Assembly: GCF_009914755.1 (NCBI RefSeq)
Contig: NC_060940.1
Origin: the human T2T-CHM13v2.0 reference genome, Homo sapiens
DNA: 64,000 nt
Strand: one strand, 5' to 3'
Shown here: positions 1 through 15,640 of the stretch, in pieces
Numbering within the stretch: position 1 is the stretch's first letter
How the letters are laid out: each line of letters starts with the position of its first letter
Notes under the pieces: generated by a model
Databases searched by the model: none
Seen by the model: the letters and a program-made list of their open reading frames with translations, nothing else
Told to the model about the DNA's origin: nothing
Position numbers and translations under genes: made by a program

Positions 1-189
1 ACGGTTTATCTGTGCCTTACTGGATTGCAGCAGAATTAATGGCAAAATAATAACTCTGCACAAGTTCAGGGCAGTCACTGGCTGAGTGTTAGAGCTTTAA
101 GATGGCCCCTCATCTTTTGGCCACTGCCTTCTTGTACTGGATGTTCCTTCTTTATTGCCTGAGCATGCACACTCTTTCTTACATCCTTG

Positions 190-341
190 CCACACACTGT
201 TTCCTTTTCTGGAACATTTTCCCACCCACCTTTCTCCTCGCCAACGCCTCATCCCTCCGTTGCCCAATGGAATGCCGCCTCTTCAGAAAAGCCTTCCCTC
301 ACCCTCAGTCTCAATCCAGCCCTTTGCTATCTATAGATTCC

Positions 342-377
<36 letters not shown>

Positions 378-415
378 CAACCTGTTCTTATCCTTTATAG
401 CATTTACCACAATGG
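190..415 (+). mobile_element. L2 fragment interrupted by a poly-T tract
   Basis: L2 3'-like motifs (tcttcagaaaagccttccctcacc; tttatagcatttaccac). Confidence 0.45.
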
Positions 416-429
416 GCCTCAGAAAATTA

Positions 430-648
430 ACTGTATAATTTGATTTTTAATTGGAATTTTTATTGAGATAATTGCAGATTCACATGCAGCTGTAAGGAAT
501 AATACAGAGAGTTCCAATGTACCCTTTACACAGTTTTCCCCAATGGTAACATTTGGCAAAATTAAAGTACAGTGATCACATCTAGGATATTGATGTTGGT
601 ACAACCCAGTGATTTTATTCAAATTTCCCCAATGTTACTTGCATTAAT

Positions 649-679
<31 letters not shown>

Positions 680-1200
680 AGTGGTGGTAGTTTTATCTGG
701 TTTTGTAGAATTTTACCGCACATGTAGGTCTGTGCATCCAACACCACAGTCAGGATAACAAACATTTCCATCACCACTGGATCCCTTCTGTTTTTCTTTT
801 TACAACCACCCCCGCCCCCACTCCCAATTCCTAATTTCTGGCAAACACTAATTTTCTCTCTATTTATAAGCTTGGACATTTCAAGAAATGGACCCATATA
901 GTACCTGACTTTTAGGCATTGACATTTTTTGATCAACGTAATTCCCTGGAGACTCATTGAAACTGCTGTGTGTATAAATAACTTATTCCTTTTCATTGCT
1001 GTGTAGTATTCCATGGTATGGATGTACCACAGTTTGTTTAACCATTCATCTATTGATGGACATCTGGACTAACTCCTGGATTTAGCTCTTATAAATAAAA
1101 CTGTTACAAATCTTCAAGTGCAGGGTTTTGTGTGAACACAAGATTCCATTTCTCTGAGATAAGGGCTCAAGAAAGAACATGCTGGGACATGATTTTTAAG
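430..1200 (-). mobile_element. Old L1M (L1MC/MD-like) 3' end with internal (TG)n at 649-676
   Basis: L1M 3'-end motifs (cagattcacatgcagctgtaag...; gctgtgtagtattccatggtatggatgtaccacagtttg). The 619-1014 ORF MEYYTAMKRN is the typical L1 tail translation. Confidence 0.8.
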
Positions 1201-1716
1201 AGAAACTGATTGATTTTTAAACTGAGTCTCTGCTGATAGACTTTTAGTTCCATCCGGGTAAGTAGACTGAGTTTTGTTTGTTTGTCTGCTTGTTTGTATC
1301 TTTAATCAGCATACTGGGAACACTGTACAATTCTTAGAACATAATTTACCACTCTATAAATATTTATAGATGATTTAAATAAGGAACGAATGAGTGAATG
1401 CATGAATACCACTGCTGGCATAGGGATTAAATGAAATAATTTATGTAAATCATGTTCAGAATGTCTAGCATGGAGTAAGCTCTAATAGGTAAACACTTGT
1501 AGCACAATCGCCATTGTAAGATATGATTTTGGTTGAAGGTGACATGAGGAAATTTCATATCCTTCCACCTTCAGCATCATACAAACATCACGTGGCTTTG
1601 CAGGATCCCAAGGGTCTAGGTTCTTGCCACTTTATTTCTTTAAATAAAAGCCTATCTTGTGAAAATGCTCAAAAGTGTCAGAGTGGGAATTTGGGTTTCA
1701 TACTTTGATACTTTCT

Positions 1717-2229
<513 letters not shown>

Positions 2230-3599
2230 TAAATAGGTCAGGGTGAAGCTACATAACCACTTGCCTCATTGAACATGAACGCAGGCAATGCGTGATAGAA
2301 GCTGTAGGAGTGTGAGGATGTGTGGCACAAAAGAGGTTAACTTTGTTCCAAGATCATTATGGTCCCAGAGTGTGACATAAATATTGGTGAAGCCAATGGA
2401 GTTAGCACAGTACTTAATAGAGAGAGAAGATTAGTGATTCTCATTTGCCTGAGGAAAGTGCAGGTCTTGATAATGTCTTGATCTATGTACAAAGAGCTAG
2501 TAAAGACAAGCAGTCCTCATAATAAAAATAGAAATGAGGTTTTCCCGACAAAGATGCCACCAGAATGATGAGCTGTCACACAGGACCTGGAGAGACAAGA
2601 AAGAAACTTCTTTGGTGACTATAATTAGGATTCCATGGAGAGCAGCAGTGTGCAGGAACTATGCCAGGGTGCTCTCTTTCTCTTTCTAGAATCACCATCA
2701 AACTTGCTCTAAAGGACCAGGACAGCGAGTAGGTGCAAGCTGATCCTTGGTGGACCAAGCCTGTATTCCCCACAGGCCATGGTGAGGCTCTGACCTGGGG
2801 TATAATAGGCAAGAAGTGTTTTCAGTCTGTGACTTGGGCTACTTAAATGGAAGAAGATAAAACCTTTTATTTTTCCTTATAATGAAAGTACTTCACGCTC
2901 ATTATTAAAAACTTGGATTGATTGACAATTTTGAAAAATGATAAAAGTCGCCTCTCAACACCACATTTGGGTGTTTCCTCAAAGCTTTGAAAATATCTAT
3001 GTAGATCTATATGTTTAGATTTAGAAAGAGATAAATTTAGAAGTGGAGAACACAAATTAGTTTATGATAGATTTTACATATATGGCGTATTACCCAATAA
3101 TTATGGATTTGCATATTACCTTCCCCCACCCATTTCGTGTGCATTTTTCTGCTTCTTAAGCTGTTTTTCCCTCGGTGTATTTTCAAAATACACATAGTTT
3201 GTGAGGATGTAGCCCAAATGAAATGAGTGATGTGTGACTGGCTGTTGAACGAAAAATCCAAACCAATCTCGTGTGTATTTGCTGGCTGAGATCTGTTTTC
3301 CTCATGTTCTGTAGAAGGGAAGGAGTAACATGGTCTCCTTTAGATGCTGGATCAAGGTCTGAGATTTTTCTACCTTCACCCTGGTTTCCATATAACAGGG
3401 AAATCCTAGAGTGGTTTAAGATACCCACAAGCACCCTGGGGAAGCGGCACCTACCTCAACCATAGTTTGTGATCCTGTAATTCAATTTAATTTCTGGAGA
3501 AAGAATCCACTCTCAGAGAACTCTCACATCAATTGTTCAACTTTCAGACATTCTACTTGGAAATCCATTTAAGGAATGCATCATACAATAAAGTAGAAG

Positions 3600-4130
<531 letters not shown>

Positions 4131-4639
4131 TTACAGTATTTCTTGGACTTGTGTGTGCTTCTTGATAGGACATTGGCTATGCAGGGGAACAACATTGGAA
4201 TCGTTTGTCTGGTGAGAGGCAGGGGTTGGAGAAAAGAAAGTGACAGCCTGCTGAGAATCTGAGTGATATTAGAGGAAGTATGGGCACCCTGGAGGTTAGT
4301 GTTTTCACTAAAAAGATCATAAATTATTAACATCCAACAGAGTTACCCAGAAGAACACTCATGCCAGATCCTGCCTGCTGTATCAGAGAGCCTCCTTAGA
4401 GATGTCTGTGGCTGAGTTACAAAGAAGAAAAAGCAGTCAGGGTGATGATGGGTATTACATTTGCTTCCTTAGTCAAACACTAGAGTTGAGAGAGAAAGCA
4501 AGATTGGAAGTAGCAATGGGCTCTCCTTAGAAAGATTAAAGAGATGGCTCCCTTTGTTTCTAGCCTAAGAGAACAGGGCTGGCTGTCTTTCCCACAAAGG
4601 TCAATGTACATGGCCTTACTTTTGTGTTTACAATCAACA

Positions 4640-4955
4640 GTAGCCAGATTATCATTACCGATACCAACATTACCACCACCATTATCATCATCACCATCAC
4701 CATCATCATTACCATCATCATCAGCAAGAGCATCACTGTCACCACCATTATGATTATCATCATCGTTATTACAGTCACCTTCATCGTCATCATCACCATT
4801 ATCACCATCAGCATCAATATGATAATGATGATCATCATGATTATCAGTGCCATCATTACTACCATCACTTTCATCATAGTCATCACCATCATCATCACCA
4901 TGATCATGATCATCATCAGCATCACCACCCCCACCATCATCATTATCACAATTAT
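4640..4955 (+). repeat. Degenerate (CAT/CAC)n trinucleotide repeat
   Basis: Seen directly; explains the Ile/Thr-rich and Met/Val-rich ORFs. Confidence 0.95.
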
Positions 4956-7129
4956 CCTTGAAGCTGATATGTGTTGTGCACTTCCTAGGTGCTAAGGGGT
5001 TGCACCAAGAAATTTAGTGTATTAGTCCATGCTATCAAATTTAGTCTTGTGAGATAAAAATATTAGTGCTTGTCTCACTTATAAATAAGGATCCAAGACT
5101 CAGGAAGTTTTAAATAACTTGCCAAAAGCCACTCAGCTAGTATGCTGTAGTTCAAAGATTCAGAACCAGGAGGTCTGCCTCCCTAGTCCTTATCATCCAT
5201 TTCGTTATCAAGAAGGCAGGACAAGGTTAGGATAAACTCTGTGGCCCCAGAATAAGCTCTTTTAATTCTTATTATTTTTCTTCATAGGAGAGTAAACCTA
5301 TAATCTGTGCTTCCCAGGGTTACATGGCACACCACTGTTTCTCAGATACCTACGTACATTTACACCGGTAGAAACCATTTTAGAAATAAATGTTACAGAA
5401 AATTCCATCTATAAGAGACATAAAAGGAGCAGGATAAAAGATGCATTTTATGACTTCAAATGTGAAGCATGTATCGTAAAGGCAATTAGTGAGAAAATGA
5501 GGCTATTTTGATGAACACCAATATTTGAAATTGGGAGTATGGATAGATAATATTGTTTTCAATTAGGCTTATAATCCAATTCATTTCAGTCTTTTAATTT
5601 GTTGCCTGCTATTGAGAAGATGCTGGTTCACACACTGATACTGAGATGCAGAAGGTAATTTTTTAACCAGGTGACCTTAAAATATCTCATTAATCTGGAA
5701 TGTAAGCTCCATGTCCTTTCGTAGTTGAGCACTGTATCTCCAAGGCCAGCACCATGCTTCGCACAGACACTATTTTCAAAAGGTAGCTGACGATTGAATA
5801 AATGAATTAACCAACTAGTAAATTAAATGAATCTCAGAAACATGAAAATGGAAGAGGACTAATATTTTCATTTTCAAATTTGCTCATTCACTCAACTAAT
5901 ATTTAACAAGCATCCACTACAGTAAGCCAAGTGCTGTTCTAAGGTGGTGAGCATGCAACATTAAGAGGGGAAAAATACCGTTCTCATGGGACATGTGCGT
6001 GTCCGTGTGTACAGGATGGGGGCGTGGAAGGTAGACAGAAAATAGACAAGGAACTCACCATTAACACTCGCTGTAATGTTTAGAAGCAGACAGCTTATCT
6101 AAGCCTTCTGAGTCTCAGCATGCTTGTGGGTAATGTAGTATTATCGGTATGTACCCAGCAATACCCCTGTGAAGAATAAACAGAAACACACAGAGGTGCT
6201 ATCATCCTTGCCTCTATCTCAATATTGCAAAACATACAAGAATGCACATTTCATTCTGTGATTATTTATTTAACTAGGCACTGGGCATTCTGGGATTTGT
6301 ACATTCATATCATTAAAGCAGTTTCAGCCAAAGAGCATATATTTGGAGATGTTTTAACATGCACTGGGCATAAGTGATTATAGCCCTAGGTTCAAGGTGA
6401 CCAGTATCTGGACAGAGGGAGATATGTAGAAGAAGTACCAGTTACGTTGCAAGGTAAGATGTGCAGAACCAGCTTAAAGCATTCAATACTGTGCCCTAAC
6501 CAGCTGAAGGGGTCATTGATGCCCTTTGAACAGAAGACAGACATCCTTAGTTTTGGGTATTTAAAATTCCTCTGTGGCACCAATGTGAGGTATGAGTTGG
6601 GAAGAGCTGAGACTGAGAGCAAAGGAACTTACCTAAGTATAGCTTTTTCCCCCTTTTCTAAAAATCTAGGCTAAATAAAATAATGTGATGTGCTAGTATA
6701 GCCACAATGGAAAATTAAGACAGCCTTAATAGTTGGGAGATGGAAGAGTTAAAAATGATACAATTTGGGAACCAATTGACTATTCAGAGCAGCAAAGGAA
6801 GATGTGAAGGGCAAATGTTCAGCTTTCAAGATTAAGTAAATGGAAGGGAGGTGCTTCCATTAACAAACAGGTAAGTCAATAGAGGAAGAGCAGCATGTGC
6901 AGATGCGTTTGTTTGGGGGAATGTTAAAATAGCAGCAAGGATGGGACCTTGGCACTGAGACATGCAGGAGGCTGTCTGAAGTTCATGATGATTCCTGAGA
7001 TGCAGCCTGTGAGGAGAGGTCATGGCTAGGGATGCGATAAGGATTTGTCTGTATTCTGCAAAGAGTCTGATGCAATGGCTTTCAATCATTACTGCAAATC
7101 CTTCACAAGTGTGTAAAGAGTATCATAGC

Positions 7130-7840
7130 CATTACTATATTACTATATATAAAATATATAATGTACTATATAATGTATTATATATAATATATAATGTATT
7201 TTATATATTATATATTATGTATATAATATATAATATATTTTATATATAATATAGAATATATGATGTATTATATATAATATGTATTATATATTGTATATAT
7301 TATATTATACAATTATAGTATATATTACATATTGTATATATTATATATAGAATATATGATGTATAATATATAATATATCATGTATTATGTATAATATATA
7401 ATATATAATGTATTACGTATGATATATAATATAGAACGTATTATATATCATATATCATATATGATATAGAACGTATTATATATCATATATATGATATATG
7501 ATATAGAACGTATTATATATCATATATATGATATATGATATAGAACGTATTATATATCATATATCATATATGATATATGATATATGACGTATTATATATC
7601 ATATATCATACATGATATATATAATATATAATGTATTATGTTATATATCATATATGATATACATGATATATAATATGTAATGTATTATATTATATATATA
7701 AGGTATTATATATAATATATAATATGTAATGTATTATATATAATATATAATGTATTATATAATATGTATTATGTATTATATATAAAATATATATAATACT
7801 ATATGTATACACACACACACACACACACACACAAATATAT
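7130..7840. repeat. AT-rich low-complexity block with a 35-37 bp minisatellite and terminal (CA)n
   Basis: About 700 bp of TA-rich sequence; gaacgta recurs at 7434, 7469, 7506 and 7543. Confidence 0.95.
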
Positions 7841-8380
7841 AACAGAAGTGGGTTGTGCACGGTGATGACGATTAGGGTATAGGAGGTAAGAGACCTAACA
7901 AAGCACGAAGTGATGCCAAGCGAGAGTTTTTTGTCTATGAGGCATGTAAGAACGCTACAATACATGTGCATTAAAAAGTCCAGCCAGGGACATATATAGT
8001 CTTTTTCTTACATGTCACTCTACTGAAATAGTCTTGAATTATTTTATCTGATACGAGGTGAAGGAAATGCTATGTTTTCATCAGTAAGCACAATAGGTCT
8101 TGTAATGGAGCGTACAGGTTTGGTTTGGAAAGATGGCTTGATACAAAGCTGGATAAGAGATGATCCCCTCAAAGACACAGAAACAACTGTTGCCGAGCTT
8201 TTAAGGAGCAGGAAACAGAGGATGAAGGGGTGAGGATACGAATTTGTTCTCTGGCTCTCAAAAAGAAAAGAGGGAAGAGGAAAAGGAAGTAAGGCAGAGA
8301 AAGTCTGGAACCAAGACAGTTTAATCAAAGTCGAGGGCACTAGAATAGCCAAATGTCATTTTCAAGGATGTGATAGATAC

Positions 8381-8688
8381 CGTTGACCCTCCACGTCCTT
8401 GGGTTCTGCATCCATAGATTCAGTCAACTGCAGATCAAAAATATTCAGAAAGAAATTGTGTCTGTGCTAAACATGTGCAGACACTTTTTTCCTTGTCATT
8501 ATTCCCTAAACAATGCATTGAAACAACTATTTACATGGAATTTGCATTGTATTAGTAAACCTAGAAGATGATTTAAAGTATACAGGAGGATATGTGTAGG
8601 TTATAAGCAAATACTACACATCTGTAGATTTTGGTGTCCTTGGAAGGTCCTAGAACCAATCACCCATGGATAGTGAACGATGACTCTA
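8381..8688. mobile_element. MER2-type TcMar-Tigger DNA transposon
   Basis: MER2-like internal sequence (ggttctgcatccatagattcagtcaactgcagatcaaaaatattc...cctagaaccaatcacccatggata). Confidence 0.75.
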
Positions 8689-10044
8689 CCGATCCTTGTC
8701 TGTGTTTTTAAAATGAGAATCACATCTTCCATTCTCTCTGCCACCATCTTCATGTCTGCTCATACATGCATCATTTAGTGGGTGTATTGCAGAATGGGCT
8801 AATTAATTTTATGTGTGGGTCTTTGTAATGGAACCCAGAGACAGGGAATATAAGAACCTGGACTCGCAGGCCAGATGAGGTTGTGAGAACATGAGCTGCC
8901 TGTAACCGTGAATTGCAATTTGGGGACTAAAACTTGGAATCCTAGAGATTGTCTGTTTGCCGAGGTGAGATTTTTGAGAGCCAGGAAGGTTTTCTACCCA
9001 ATACCCGATACATCCCCAGTGTCACCTTGTAAGTTTTGCAGATAAACCTAGTTTCGTATGATTCCTTACATCGTTCCTAGCTCACCTCCAACAATCATCA
9101 GACTTTGAAGGTATGCAATGATGCCAGGGACTAAGAATTCCTGGGGTGTCTTTGACCTGTGTTCCAGGATGAGACCCTGGGAAGGTCCAGGTCAAGGTGG
9201 ATTAATTCAGAGCTGGAGATGTTAGAGGTGAAGTCACTTCTAGTCAGAAATGCTTAATGACAACTCATCTTGTACTTTAAAGATAAAATTTCTGAGCATT
9301 TCTGGGGTCAAAGAACCTTGCAGCCAAGCTCATGAAAGAGGAAAAAGAGAATCTTCTGCAGGCTTTGTTTGCCTTCAGGTTTGCTTGAGTTTAATCCAGA
9401 AGTCGAAACACAGAGAGTGGGTGGGGTGGAGGGTTCCCAAAGTAGACCTTCCCACCCACTTGTTCATTAGGAGAAATCACCACTTAGCTGTTTTTGTCTC
9501 TGCCGCCTACCCTTCCTTGTCCCACGCACTTACATTCAGTCCTGTGCACTGGAAACAGACTCCCACCCTCTCAACTGCCAAACGCTGCACCTTGTCTTTG
9601 CTTCACCTCCTGGAGTCCATTGTTTCAGGAAGGCTGCTATAGGAACTGAAGTTACTTGCTTGCTCTGGGTACCTTTTAATTTGGGGTTCTACCTGGTGTG
9701 TCTCGGGTCTCTTTTGACATATGTCAGTTGGCTGCTCTGATAGAACATTGTCTCCATAAATTGTCACTTTTGCCAGAAATGATGATAGGAAAGTGTTGGC
9801 AAGAAAAAAAAAAAAAAGACTGAAGCAGAATATTTTCTTTTGAAAAGCTTAGGGCAAGCTGTGGATAGGGTGGGACTTACTCCTGCTCTAATTGAGTAAG
9901 GACAAGAAAGCTAGGAAAATTTCATATGATAAAATTAGGTGGCTGGGGTCAGCGATATATTCCTGGAAAAAGAAAGCTTGAAGATAAAATGGCATAGAGT
10001 AGTTCTTCACAAAAGTGCTTACGAGGTTTAGATATTGTAAAAAA

Positions 10045-10082
10045 TGATGAATATGATGATGATGATGATGATGATGATGACA
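10045..10082 (+). repeat. (GAT)n microsatellite
   Basis: Seen directly. Confidence 0.9.
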
Positions 10083-11309
10083 GTGGTGATTTTGTAAGCA
10101 GCATCTCTACTGCTGTTTGTATTGCATGGTTAAAAAGGATACTTTCTCATTTTGTTCAACAGACCAGAAAACCCTGTTTTCCATCTCTTATTAGAAGGAT
10201 AAGATAGATACTTCTTGGGCCCTCAGTTTCTTCTTATGTAAATTGGAACTATAAAAATAATCTACCTTGCAGGATTTTGTGAAGATCAGAAAAAAATTAA
10301 TTACCATCTGGCCAGAAGTAATTTTCTAACATGTATTACGCTTGTCAGTCTTCACAAAATAGTGAAGGACTTGACCTGATGTTGTGTGAGATACAGTTGG
10401 TGAAGATTTTAGTTGACAAGGGTTAATGTGTAAGCTGGCATTCATTTGATTCATTAGCAAGGTTAAATAAATTGTGTACTCAGAAGACCAGGGCAGAAAG
10501 GTGATGTGTATGATGTCTATACATTTTTGTATAGTGCCATGTCATTTAAAAAAACTTTACAAAAAGAAAATTGTATCTGAAGTTAGTCCTTCCATAAATG
10601 TATTGACTTTGTTGGTCTCGTTTGTGTAATTTTTTTGCAAAGAAGGAGGAATGATGGTTTCATCAACTGGTCAGGGGCTGAAAATAGAAATACCTCATAA
10701 TAATAGTTGCTATATATTGAGTGGTTGCTAGATAATGGGCACCATTTTTATGACTTATATATATTACATGATTTTATCTTTCAACAACTTAGGAAGGAAA
10801 AGTATCATTATTCTCCTTAGAATGAAACTGAGGTTTTAAGAACTTGTATGTCAGTAGACATATAATAGCAGCTGCAAAGGTATGATCCAGAGATAGATCT
10901 TCAGACCAAGCAGCAAGACTCCAAAAGGTGTACTGCTCACTACAGGTGTACTCAGGGGAGTACACCTTTTGCAGTCTCGCTGTTTGTGTTTGAGGCATAC
11001 CCACATATGAACCAGAAAGAGTTCCCAAATACCCCATCGCAACTCCATATTTCAGGTGGCCTTGAACGAGCAGGGCTGAGTCATTGAGGAACAAGAATAA
11101 ACTCTGGTGATCCAACAAATTCAATTCATTTGACCTTTATTAAGCCTCTCCTAAGTGAAAGGCATGCTGCTCTGTGGTTCAGGAAACTCAGAAATGAGAA
11201 GGGTGTTTGGTTTGGTTTGCTGCAGTGAACCTGTGGGGGTAAAGAGAATAGTTATTCAAGCCTAAAGAGTGTAACTATTAATTGTTTTTTAGTCTCCTCG
11301 TGATAGCTA

Positions 11310-11900
11310 ACAAGTATTGTTGATACTTGTTGTGCCAGTGCCTATGCTGAGAAGCACTTTACATTCATTATCTCGGTGGTTCCCAAATGCCGATCCACAG
11401 ACTCATTGGATTCTGTAATGACATTTTCGACAGACTGCAGCTAAATGAGAAAATTAAGGGCAATTTAGTGAAAATTTTAATAGACTTAAATTTAATCAAT
11501 TTGAAGGACTGTCCTTTATTTTCAGATTATGTCCTCCTTTTTTTTTTTTTTTTTGCATTTTCGTGTAAAATGCTGTTTCTTTTATTAAATGCTTATGACA
11601 GTAGACAGTGTATGTGAGTTTATGTGTGTATGTATGAATGTACTACCTTGGCAAGAAATTTAAAAGCTGTTAATTTTCATGCAGTCTCTTTACCATTTTT
11701 AAACTTTTCTTGGAACTGTCCATGTCATTGAGGGCTAGGGGATAAGAAGTCTGAGAATCATTATAGTTCTGTAAGGGTGCTACCATTGGCCCCATTTTAC
11801 AGATGAAAAAAACTAAGGCTCGGAATGGTTAGCTCACATGCTCATGTTCACGATAGCTTGCAAGTAGCAGAGCTTGAATTTAAACCAGTTTGTGTGTTTC
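11310..11900 (-). mobile_element. MIR apparently split by a hAT-Charlie-like insert (about 11373-11750)
   Basis: MIR halves (cactttacattcattatctc ... cccattttacagatgaaaaaactaaggctc) flank a segment starting ggtggttcccaaa. Confidence 0.45.
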
Positions 11901-13483
11901 TGTAGATGCAGAACACCTGCATGATGGGCATATGGCTGCTTTTGCTGCAATGAATAGGCTCCCTAGCCTGTCCCTGGCCATGGATGTGGGCCATGCAACC
12001 GTTTTCAGAGTCCCAGGACTCTGGGCCTTTCTTTCGGGTGCAGACTGAAATCCACAATAGCTTTAGACATTCATGGTGTTTCCTAGGAGCTAGTTTGCAG
12101 CAGTTCTATTCCTCTACTTGGAGGAATACAGGAGTTAAGAGCCTAGCTTTGTGTCCCTTCCCTCTGCCCCTGAGTCCTGTGTTTCTGTTTACCCTCAAAA
12201 ATGTGAGCAGTATAGGTATGTGTAAAGGTAAATGCAGACATCCTGCTTAGTGGCTTACAGCAGAACCTCATGTCAGGGGAAGAGCTGGGTTGAAAGATCC
12301 CGTTTTCCAAGCTTGCACTCCATGGGAGCCATAGTCAGTAGCCAGTGAGACGACAGGAGGAGAGACAAGGCTCAAGGGTCAAGGGAGAAGACACTGTCTG
12401 TACCTCCTGAGCTTTCTCTTCATTGTGCCTGCAGGGAGGAGGGAAGGCAGTTTGGGCCATGGCTTGTAGGAACAAAAAAGGACAAACTTATTTTCCACAT
12501 CTTCCTGCTTTATATGTGAGGCTTGATGTAAAGACAAACTACCCCACCCTGTGAGATGGGTAATTGAGAATGAGACATAACTGGGTTTGGAAATCAGTTG
12601 CATCCCTTCTCTTCTCCAGAAACATATGCAGGTTTCCAACCTGGCAGTCTGTTTCTCAGCAGCCTTGGCACCTGAGGAAGGGGTAAGATGAGGATCTGGG
12701 TATTTTTATTTTGATTTCTGACATTGTCCCTAAGAAGTTATGCTGTAAACGGATAAGAGATTCTGGGTTACTGAAATCCTGTATGGATGCTAAGGTGCTA
12801 TGTAGCTTAGTCCATTCCCTTTTTTGTTGTGGATGTTAATTATCTAGAATATTGCAACTCAGTAGTGGCTTTAAGCAGGTTTTCATGTACTAGCCAGGGA
12901 AAGTTACCACCATTAAAAAAAATTATTCTTTAGGAACGTGTAGCCTGGGGTCTTTATAATAACAACAGTTGTAGTAGTAGTTGTAGTAGCAATGATGATA
13001 ATATAACTGTTTCATTTTATTGTAAAAGTAATACACAGACACATTCTTATTGTGAAAATCTAAGCGACATAAATCTGTACAGAGTAAAAATTGAAATCCC
13101 CCCCAATAGCCCCTCCTCTATTACCCTAGATCTAAAAGCATTTATTGGATTGATTTATTTGTTTCCGGGCCCTTTTGTATGCACTTCACATGACTGCATG
13201 TATGCCTATTTTACGCACATGCATATGCACATATTTCTGTGGATGTCTATATGCATCCACACACATGTTTTTAAAGAATCGTAGAGTTTTGCTGTTTGTT
13301 TTGGTTTGATTTTTCACATGTGAAATTTTGTTATCTATATCCTGAAACTTCTTAGAGAATTTTCTTAGAGATTTTTCCAAGGAAAGACACTCAGATGCCC
13401 CGCATTCTTTTTAACTGGTGCATTGCATGCATGTCCTGTACCTTGTTTTATTTATCCCCTGTTTCCCCTATTGCTGTTTATTA

Positions 13484-14244
<761 letters not shown>

Positions 14245-15094
14245 TATTTGCTTTTACAAGCAATGGTGGAGTGAATATCCTGGTTTATGTATCATGTATC
14301 TACCTCAAATATTTCAGCAGGACAGATATCTAGAATTAGAATAGTTACTTTGAAAGATGTGCGTATTTTAGATTTTGATAGTGAGCACCAAAATATTAAT
14401 ATCATCTCCAGGACTGTACCAGTTTTGACTCCCACCATCTGTGTTTCAGGTTACCCATTTCTCCACAGTGATGTCAAATCTATATATTATTGATAGGCAT
14501 TTTATTCGTTATTTGATTTTATTTGTTAACTGATGTCAGTCTTTTAGGCAAAAGATGGCCGTAAACTGTTCTAAACCACCAATGTAACTTTGAAAAGCTC
14601 ATTTGTAGTGGGAGCGAGTTGTGAACTGGGTATTGCCTGCGCTTGTATTTCTGCTCTTGGAAGCGTGGTTTATTTTTAGTCCTGGACTCACTGACAACCC
14701 ACACCCAAGCTAGAAAGCTAGAGGAGTTTGAGGGTCCTTTACACAGAATCAGGCTCTAATCTCGATCCTGTCATTACATGCAAAGCAATTGCTGCTGAAT
14801 GGTTGGAATTGGTTCTGCCTGGGACGAAGCCCTTTACTCTGAAAAAGGAGCGCTGTGCTCATTTGAGCACTGCCAAAATCCTGGACCCTCTGACTCAGTG
14901 TGGAGTGATCGTGCTTTTGCCTAGAGAAACTGTGTCTGAGAAATGGAGCTTCTGCAAAATACAGCTCAGAGGGACCATCAGGGGTTGAGACATTCTAGAG
15001 GCCAACAGGCCAGCTTAATGTATACATTAGAAGTGCCAAACTTCTCACCCCTATCCCTAGTAGATTGACCCAAGAGAACTACAGAATTCATGTA

Positions 15095-15248
15095 GACATG
15101 CTCCTCAGTTTACAATGGGGTTATGTCCTAATAAACCCATTGTAAGTTGAAAATATCATAAGTAGAAATTATGTTTTCGACATAGGATATTTTCACCTTA
15201 CCATGGATTTATCCAGATGTGACCCCATCGCAAGTCAGGGACCATCTG
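15095..15248. mobile_element. Palindromic Tigger-family MITE (MER47/Tigger5-like)
   Basis: The two halves are imperfect reverse complements, flanked by TA on both sides. Confidence 0.75.
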
Positions 15249-15379
15249 TATTAAACAAATGTGAGGCTTATGCAATAAGATTGGAAGGAGCGGGATGCAA
15301 GAGGGGCTTTCTTGAAGCTGAAACTGCATTTTTTCAGAGCAAGTGTAGTTTTTAGGTAGATTTCACTGCCGTCTCCCTT

Positions 15380-15640
15380 ACCCTGGTTTCCCTAATTCCC
15401 TGATCTTGATCTTGCCTGCTATGCTTCCCACAGCACTCACCACCATCTATTGTACTGTACTTATTTCTTCTCTGTATTACTTACTTTCTGCTGCCCCTCC
15501 CCCACCCACTAGAATGTAAACTGTCTAATGTCAGGGACCTTTGTTTGTCCGGCCCCACTGATGCCGACCTGGGGGCTAGAACAGTGCCTGGAATGAGATC
15601 AGCACTAACTAAATATGATTCAGGTGTTTGAACAAGCCAG
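15380..15640 (+). mobile_element. L2 3' end
   Basis: ccactagaatgtaaact...cagggacctttgtttg...ctagaacagtgcctgg...aaatatg. Confidence 0.7.

Noticed and set aside
4544-4995. Met/Ile-rich, membrane-like ORFs
   Set aside because: Translations of the (CAT)n repeat.
7430-7620. CRISPR-like regularly spaced repeats
   Set aside because: Tandem units without unique spacers in a primate intron; it is a minisatellite.
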